Assembly (NCBI GenBank): GCA_043803405.1 | Contig: JAZDKB010000016.1 | Span: 1 to 64,000 of the forward strand | Length of the DNA stretch: 64,000 bases | Direction: 5' to 3' | From: Spirochaetota bacterium | GTDB taxonomy: Bacteria; Spirochaetota; UBA4802; JAFGDQ01 | Part shown: piece after piece, positions 59,104 through 64,000 of the stretch | Layout: each line of letters begins with the position of its first letter | Numbering within the stretch: the stretch's first letter is position 1 | Notes under the pieces: model-generated | Told to the model about the DNA's origin: nothing | The model's input: only the letters and a program-made list of their open reading frames with translations | Databases searched by the model: none | Position numbers and translations under genes: made by a program

Positions 59104-61155
59104 TTACGGAACAAAATATCCGCCCCACTCTACTCCGCGATGGCCTTTATAATTCACTTCTATTTTTATATCCGACCACCATCCCTTGATTATTGGTGTT
59201 TTATGTGAGGAATACGTAACAAGGTATCTGTATTCTTCAGCCTGTTTTATCCTGTCATATATGCTTCTTAAACCGTCAACATCGCTTGTCTTATAAACTG
59301 CGCCTCCGGTCTCACTGGCAATACGCTTCAGTAAAGGATCAATTTCTTTAAATGCAATAACATAAATCGGGATATAGTGGCTTTTTGCGTACTCTGTTAT
59401 GTATTCAGGCGAGTATTTCTCGAATGAATTTTTATGCACGCTCCCGTCCGAAATTAAAACAATTCCTCTTCTGTTTAGTTTAAGAAGAAGATTGCTTATC
59501 CCGTTATACAGGGCTTTATCTATTGCTTTGCCTTCGGAATATGTTCTTTTTCGCAGCGCTTTTGCTGTCCTTAATCTGCTCCAGTCAAAATCACTTCCTA
59601 CCCATGCATCTTTGTTAAAATTCATAAGCTGCAATGAATCATTTTTTTTCATCTTCTTTAAAATGAAATCCGATACCCAAGGAATATCATTATGGTAACC
59701 GGCAGCGTTCTCTGATCTGTCCACACACAGTACGGCAGAAACGGACGGATGCTCATTCTTTAAATAGTCAGAATAAATATTCGACATCGAAACATTATCT
59801 TCCAGTATTTTAAAATTAGTCCTGTCAAGATTATAAACCGGGCCGCCGCCGCGTTTGCGGACATTAAGATAAAAAGCCACAACTGGATATTTATCTGCTT
59901 CAACAGATGTCACTTCAATTTCAAGGTTTGTGTACACCGATTGCAGCGGAGAAAAAACAAAAATATTTTCCTGATTATAATCAAGGCAATACATAACCCC
60001 GTCTCTGTCGATATAAGAAGAAACAAGCTTGGAAAAACTTTTTTTTCCGTTATCCCAGGATTCAAATTTAGATATTGCACCGTTTTCCGGTGAATAAAAA
60101 ATCAATCCGGCCTTCTCGTCCGAAATTACCAGATTATTATTATAAATTCTTATGCCTCTCGGAATGCTGATGCCGCCCGGTGTTATATTTTTTACAAAAT
60201 TTCCTGAGTCATCAAAATTCGCAATGCGTTTGTTCCCAGTGTCGGTTACATAAACATTATCTTTCCGGACAAATATATTCGATGGATTATCAAGTTGTCC
60301 TTCATATTCTCCGGGTTCGCCGAATTTTAAAATGAAATTCCCGTCTTTATCGAACTTCTGTACCCGGTTGTTCCCGGAATCAACAACGTATATGTTACCA
60401 TCTTCATCAAGGCATAAACCCTTTGGCCCGTGAAAATTTCCGTCGGCCTTTCCTGAGGATCCTAACGATTTAATGAGTTTTAGGTTTTTATCGAGTATAT
60501 GAGCAACGTCCATTTTAAAATCGGATACAACTACTCTGCTTTTATTGCAGTCAACTCCATAGTACCTTGTTCCTGTTCCCTGGCTGAATACCGATTGTCC
60601 CTCGCCGTTGGAATTCAGTTTTATAAGCTTGCCTGAATAAAAAGATGTAATATATATATTCTTTTCAGAATCAATTGCCAGGTCAATTGGTTTTGGAAAT
60701 CTGAATCTGCCAAGATCGTCGGACTTGTACGAATCGGTATAAACATACTCATTTCGGCCAATTGCAAATTTAGTATGCATGTTCGCAGACATTCTGTATC
60801 TTAGTGAATCAAGCTTGTTCATTACAGATACATTTTTGGAAGACATGCCTGCAATGATCTCCCATTCTTTTATAGCTTCATTTACATAGCCGGCCAGTTT
60901 ATACGATCTCGCAAGGTATTCCCTTGCAGTATAATATTCGGGATAAACGGAAACAGCCTTTCTGAAATATTCAACAGCGGACAGATACTGCATGCGGTTA
61001 AAATATATAAAGCCTTTTTTAAAATGATCTTTTGCGGATTCGAATGTCGAAAGCTCACTTGATTCCGAGAAAGTGTTTTTAATATTAATAAAAGAAAATA
61101 TTAATAGAAGGATAATTAAGCTTATATGTTTTACTGTGTTTTTTTTACTTAACAT
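59104..61155 (-). CDS. Exported TPR - NHL repeat - vWA-like protein
   Basis: Signal peptide, TPR, NHL repeats (FHGPKGLCLD..GNIYVVDSGNNRVQKFD), vWA-like C-domain (CVDRSE, LISDG, IASETGG). Confidence 0.88.
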   Translation of the reverse strand: MLSKKNTVKHISLIILLLIFSFINIKNTFSESSELSTFESAKDHFKKGFIYFNRMQYLSAVEYFRKAVSVYPEYYTAREYLARSYKLAGYVNEAIKEWEIIAGMSSKNVSVMNKLDSLRYRMSANMHTKFAIGRNEYVYTDSYKSDDLGRFRFPKPIDLAIDSEKNIYITSFYSGKLIKLNSNGEGQSVFSQGTGTRYYGVDCNKSRVVVSDFKMDVAHILDKNLKLIKSLGSSGKADGNFHGPKGLCLDEDGNIYVVDSGNNRVQKFDKDGNFILKFGEPGEYEGQLDNPSNIFVRKDNVYVTDTGNKRIANFDDSGNFVKNITPGGISIPRGIRIYNNNLVISDEKAGLIFYSPENGAISKFESWDNGKKSFSKLVSSYIDRDGVMYCLDYNQENIFVFSPLQSVYTNLEIEVTSVEADKYPVVAFYLNVRKRGGGPVYNLDRTNFKILEDNVSMSNIYSDYLKNEHPSVSAVLCVDRSENAAGYHNDIPWVSDFILKKMKKNDSLQLMNFNKDAWVGSDFDWSRLRTAKALRKRTYSEGKAIDKALYNGISNLLLKLNRRGIVLISDGSVHKNSFEKYSPEYITEYAKSHYIPIYVIAFKEIDPLLKRIASETGGAVYKTSDVDGLRSIYDRIKQAEEYRYLVTYSSHKTPIIKGWWSDIKIEVNYKGHRGVEWGGYFVP

Positions 61156-61229
61156 AATAAGTTTATCTTAAAGCTGGCTTTAGTGATATTAAATTACTCA
61201 ACTGGATTGACTTTTTTATTTTAGATTCA

Positions 61230-61353
61230 AGATAAATATCATAGTAATCATCGATTTTCTCGCCGCTAATGCATACATGCATACATCCTGTAAGAAGCGG
61301 CTCGCGACGGCATCCTGCCGCCTTAAAATTGATGATTACTATGATATTTATCT
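61230..61353. mobile_element. MITE-like 124-bp element with 29-bp terminal inverted repeats
   Basis: agataaatatcatagtaatcatcgatttt / aaaattgatgattactatgatatttatct (28 of 29 matching) around a GC-rich core. Confidence 0.72.
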
Positions 61354-61435
61354 ATAATTTAAAGCTAACATTAAGAAAAAGTCAGCTTAAATAGCGTCTC
61401 CGAGTCACTCCGAACCGGTATTATGCCATAAATAG

Positions 61436-64000
61436 CTATAATACCCTTTTTATATATTGTCCTGTATAAGAGTTCTTTACTTTAGCAATATTTTCAGGAA
61501 TACCCTCCGCTATTACGTAACCACCGTCATTTCCGCCGTCCGGCCCAAGATCAATAATCCAGTCTGCTGTTTTAATAACATCCAGGTTATGTTCAATTAC
61601 AATTACAGTATTGCCTTTATCAACCAGGGATTTTAAAATATCAAGCAGCTTTTTTATATCCGCAAAATGAAGTCCTGTTGTTGGCTCATCAAGAATATAA
61701 ATCGTTTTGCCTGTGGATCTCTTTGCGAGTTCCGTCGCAAGCTTAACCCTTTGCGCTTCTCCACCTGAAAGCGTTGTAGCAGACTGTCCCAGCTTTATGT
61801 ATCCGAGACCTACCCTGTTCAGCACTTCAAGCTTGGTTGAGACAGCCGGAATATTTTCAAAAAACTCCAGGGCTTCCTTTACTGACATCTCGAGAATCTC
61901 GTAAATATTCTTCCCCTTATACCGGATCTCAAGAGTCTCATGATTATATCTTCTGCCCTTGCATACCTCGCATGTTATGTATATATCGGATAAAAAATGC
62001 ATCTCAATTTTTTTCAATCCATCGCCCTGGCACGATTCGCATCTGCCGCCGGCAACATTAAATGAAAACCGGCCAGGTTCATATCCCCTCATTTTAGATT
62101 CAGACAGCTTTGCAAACAGGTCTCGTATAGGGGTAAAAAGCCCCGTGTAAGTTGCAGGATTTGATCTGGGCGTCCTCCCGATAGCCGACTGGTCTATATC
62201 TATTACCTTATCAAGTCTTTCAATTCCGAATATCTTTTTGAATTTTCCTGGAAAAACTTTACTCTTCATAAGAATCGAAGATAATGCTTTATATAGGATC
62301 TCGATTATTAATGTCGATTTTCCCGACCCGGATACTCCCGTTACGCAGGTCAATACTCCAAGCGGAAATTGGACATTAATATCTTTTAAATTATTCTCGC
62401 ATGCTCCCTGAATTTCGATAAAGCCGTTTGGTTCCCTCCGTTTCTCCGGTACAGGTATCGTTAATTTTCCGGAAAGATACTGCCCTGTAAGCGACTTCTC
62501 GTTCAGCGCTATTTCCTCTGCTGTTCCTTTTGCGACTATGTATCCGCCGTCAAGGCCGGCGCCCGGCCCAAGGTCAATTACATAATCCGATTCCCTTATC
62601 GTTTCCTCGTCGTGTTCAACTACGATCACGGTGTTCCCAAGGTCACGCATATGCTTAAGTGTATCCAGAAGCCTTTTGTTGTCGCGCTGGTGAAGGCCTA
62701 TGCTGGGTTCATCGAGGATATACAGAACGCCCATAAGGCTGGAGCCGATTTGTGTCGCAAGCCGGATTCTCTGCGCTTCTCCCCCTGAAAGAGTGCCCGC
62801 GGCTCTGCTGAGCGTAAGGTAATCGATTCCGACATCCTTAAGAAATTTAAGCCTTGTTTTTATCTCGTTGATTACCTGATGAGCGATCTTTTTCTGTATG
62901 TCGTTAAGTTCAATGTCCGTAAAAAATTTAATCCCGTCTTTAATTGAAAATGATGTCATCTCCCCTATGGTAATGCCGGCAACCTTTACTGCAAGGCTTT
63001 CCGGGCGCAGCCTCATACCCTTGCACACGTCGCAGTCGTGGTTTGTCATAAAACTCTCCATCCACTCCCGCATATATTCGGATTTGGTCTCTTTATATCT
63101 TCTTTCGAGATTAGGGATTACTCCCTCAAACGAACGATGGAACTTATATTCATCGCTGTTTCTCCGGATATTGAAATTCATTTTAATATTTCCGGAGCCG
63201 TTGAGGATAATATCTTTAATTTTTTCAGGAAGGTTTTTCCATGGCTTGTTCGCATCGAATCCGAAATTGCGCTCAAGCGCCTTAATCTGTTCCTGATACC
63301 AGTAGCTCGTTGTTTTCCCCCATGCTTCAATTACGCCTTCATAAAGCGACTTGTCCGGTTCTGTGATTAAAAGAGCAGGATCAAACTGCATAATAAATCC
63401 AAGCCCGCTGCACCTGGGACACGCACCGTAAGGACTGTTAAAGGAAAACATTCTTGGGGAGAGTTCGGGAATGGAAATCCCGCAATCCGGGCACGAAAGC
63501 TTTGTGGAAAAAAGTCTTTCTTCGGAATCGGTAACTATAATTACTAGGCCGTCTGCTATCTCCATAGCCGTCTCAACTGAGTCAGCCAAACGCGGCCTAA
63601 TACCGTTCTTCAGCACAATCCTGTCTACGATAATTTCGATATTGTGCTTCTTCGTCTTTGATATCTTTATGGTTTCATCCAGGTTCATGAACTCGCCGTC
63701 CACCCTCACCCTGGCAAAACCGTTTTTCTTTGCGGATTCGAATTTCTCTTCATGTTCGCCCTTTCTGCCGCGGACGACCGGAGCAAGAATCTGCATTTTA
63801 GTGCCCGCAGGATACGTTAATACCGACTCGACTATCTGATCAACCGACTGGGAAGAAATCTTTTTACCGCACTTGTAGCAGTATGGCTCACCTACGCGCG
63901 CATAAAGCAGGCGGAAATAATCGTATATCTCGGTAACTGTTCCGACTGTTGATCTGGGATTTCTGTGGGTTGTTTTTTGTTCAATAGAAATCGCCGGGGA
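61436..64000 (-). CDS. uvrA: Excinuclease ABC subunit A (5' end lies beyond the window)
   Basis: Frame is open to the window edge ([26 protein letters not shown]); zinc fingers, LSGGEAQR twice, [17 protein letters not shown]. Confidence 0.98.
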   Translation of the reverse strand, partial: SPAISIEQKTTHRNPRSTVGTVTEIYDYFRLLYARVGEPYCYKCGKKISSQSVDQIVESVLTYPAGTKMQILAPVVRGRKGEHEEKFESAKKNGFARVRVDGEFMNLDETIKISKTKKHNIEIIVDRIVLKNGIRPRLADSVETAMEIADGLVIIVTDSEERLFSTKLSCPDCGISIPELSPRMFSFNSPYGACPRCSGLGFIMQFDPALLITEPDKSLYEGVIEAWGKTTSYWYQEQIKALERNFGFDANKPWKNLPEKIKDIILNGSGNIKMNFNIRRNSDEYKFHRSFEGVIPNLERRYKETKSEYMREWMESFMTNHDCDVCKGMRLRPESLAVKVAGITIGEMTSFSIKDGIKFFTDIELNDIQKKIAHQVINEIKTRLKFLKDVGIDYLTLSRAAGTLSGGEAQRIRLATQIGSSLMGVLYILDEPSIGLHQRDNKRLLDTLKHMRDLGNTVIVVEHDEETIRESDYVIDLGPGAGLDGGYIVAKGTAEEIALNEKSLTGQYLSGKLTIPVPEKRREPNGFIEIQGACENNLKDINVQFPLGVLTCVTGVSGSGKSTLIIEILYKALSSILMKSKVFPGKFKKIFGIERLDKVIDIDQSAIGRTPRSNPATYTGLFTPIRDLFAKLSESKMRGYEPGRFSFNVAGGRCESCQGDGLKKIEMHFLSDIYITCEVCKGRRYNHETLEIRYKGKNIYEILEMSVKEALEFFENIPAVSTKLEVLNRVGLGYIKLGQSATTLSGGEAQRVKLATELAKRSTGKTIYILDEPTTGLHFADIKKLLDILKSLVDKGNTVIVIEHNLDVIKTADWIIDLGPDGGNDGGYVIAEGIPENIAKVKNSYTGQYIKRVL

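Noticed and set aside
61269..61394. Short plus-strand ORF starting within the MITE-like element
   Set aside because: No RBS and it spans the inverted repeat; better explained as non-coding.

Overview
AT-rich bacterial chromosomal window, gene-dense and mostly core. No rRNA, tRNA, CRISPR array, prophage or intact transposase was seen. The gene content suggests a free-living, probably anaerobic Spirochaetota member related to the Leptospirae (inference): dual-cNMP Crp protein, LipL45-like FecR lipoprotein, TPR-NHL-vWA protein, Thr-type sulfatase-like membrane proteins, Desulfovibrio-type bacterioferritin. It encodes LPS heptose genes (gmhA, hldE), a BrnT-type toxin-antitoxin pair, many proteostasis genes (lon, mcsA-mcsB-clpC, clpS-clpA followed by an orphan ParA, nfeD-stomatin), nadB, tatD, a thiolase and an acyl-CoA synthetase, leuCD, an aconitase, an MCP and a partial uvrA. 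Main observations: (1) an ECF sigma/zinc anti-sigma pair with two identical GGAACT-N16-GTCTAA promoters, one before the sigma gene and one before two secreted vWA/VIT-vWA genes; (2) a soluble protein made of two tandem degenerate chemoreceptor signalling hairpins; (3) an McsB lacking its catalytic Cys, next to a ClpC with one eroded pArg site and no ctsR; (4) further predicted pseudoenzymes (PleD-like protein, HldE C-domain, acetylxylan esterase); (5) two small genes below the ORF-track cutoff, a Lys-tailed desulforedoxin-like protein and a 56-aa lipoprotein ending in YNF; (6) several MITE/REP-like inverted-repeat elements and a candidate sRNA with a C-rich loop. All family calls come from motif recognition by eye, not from database searches.
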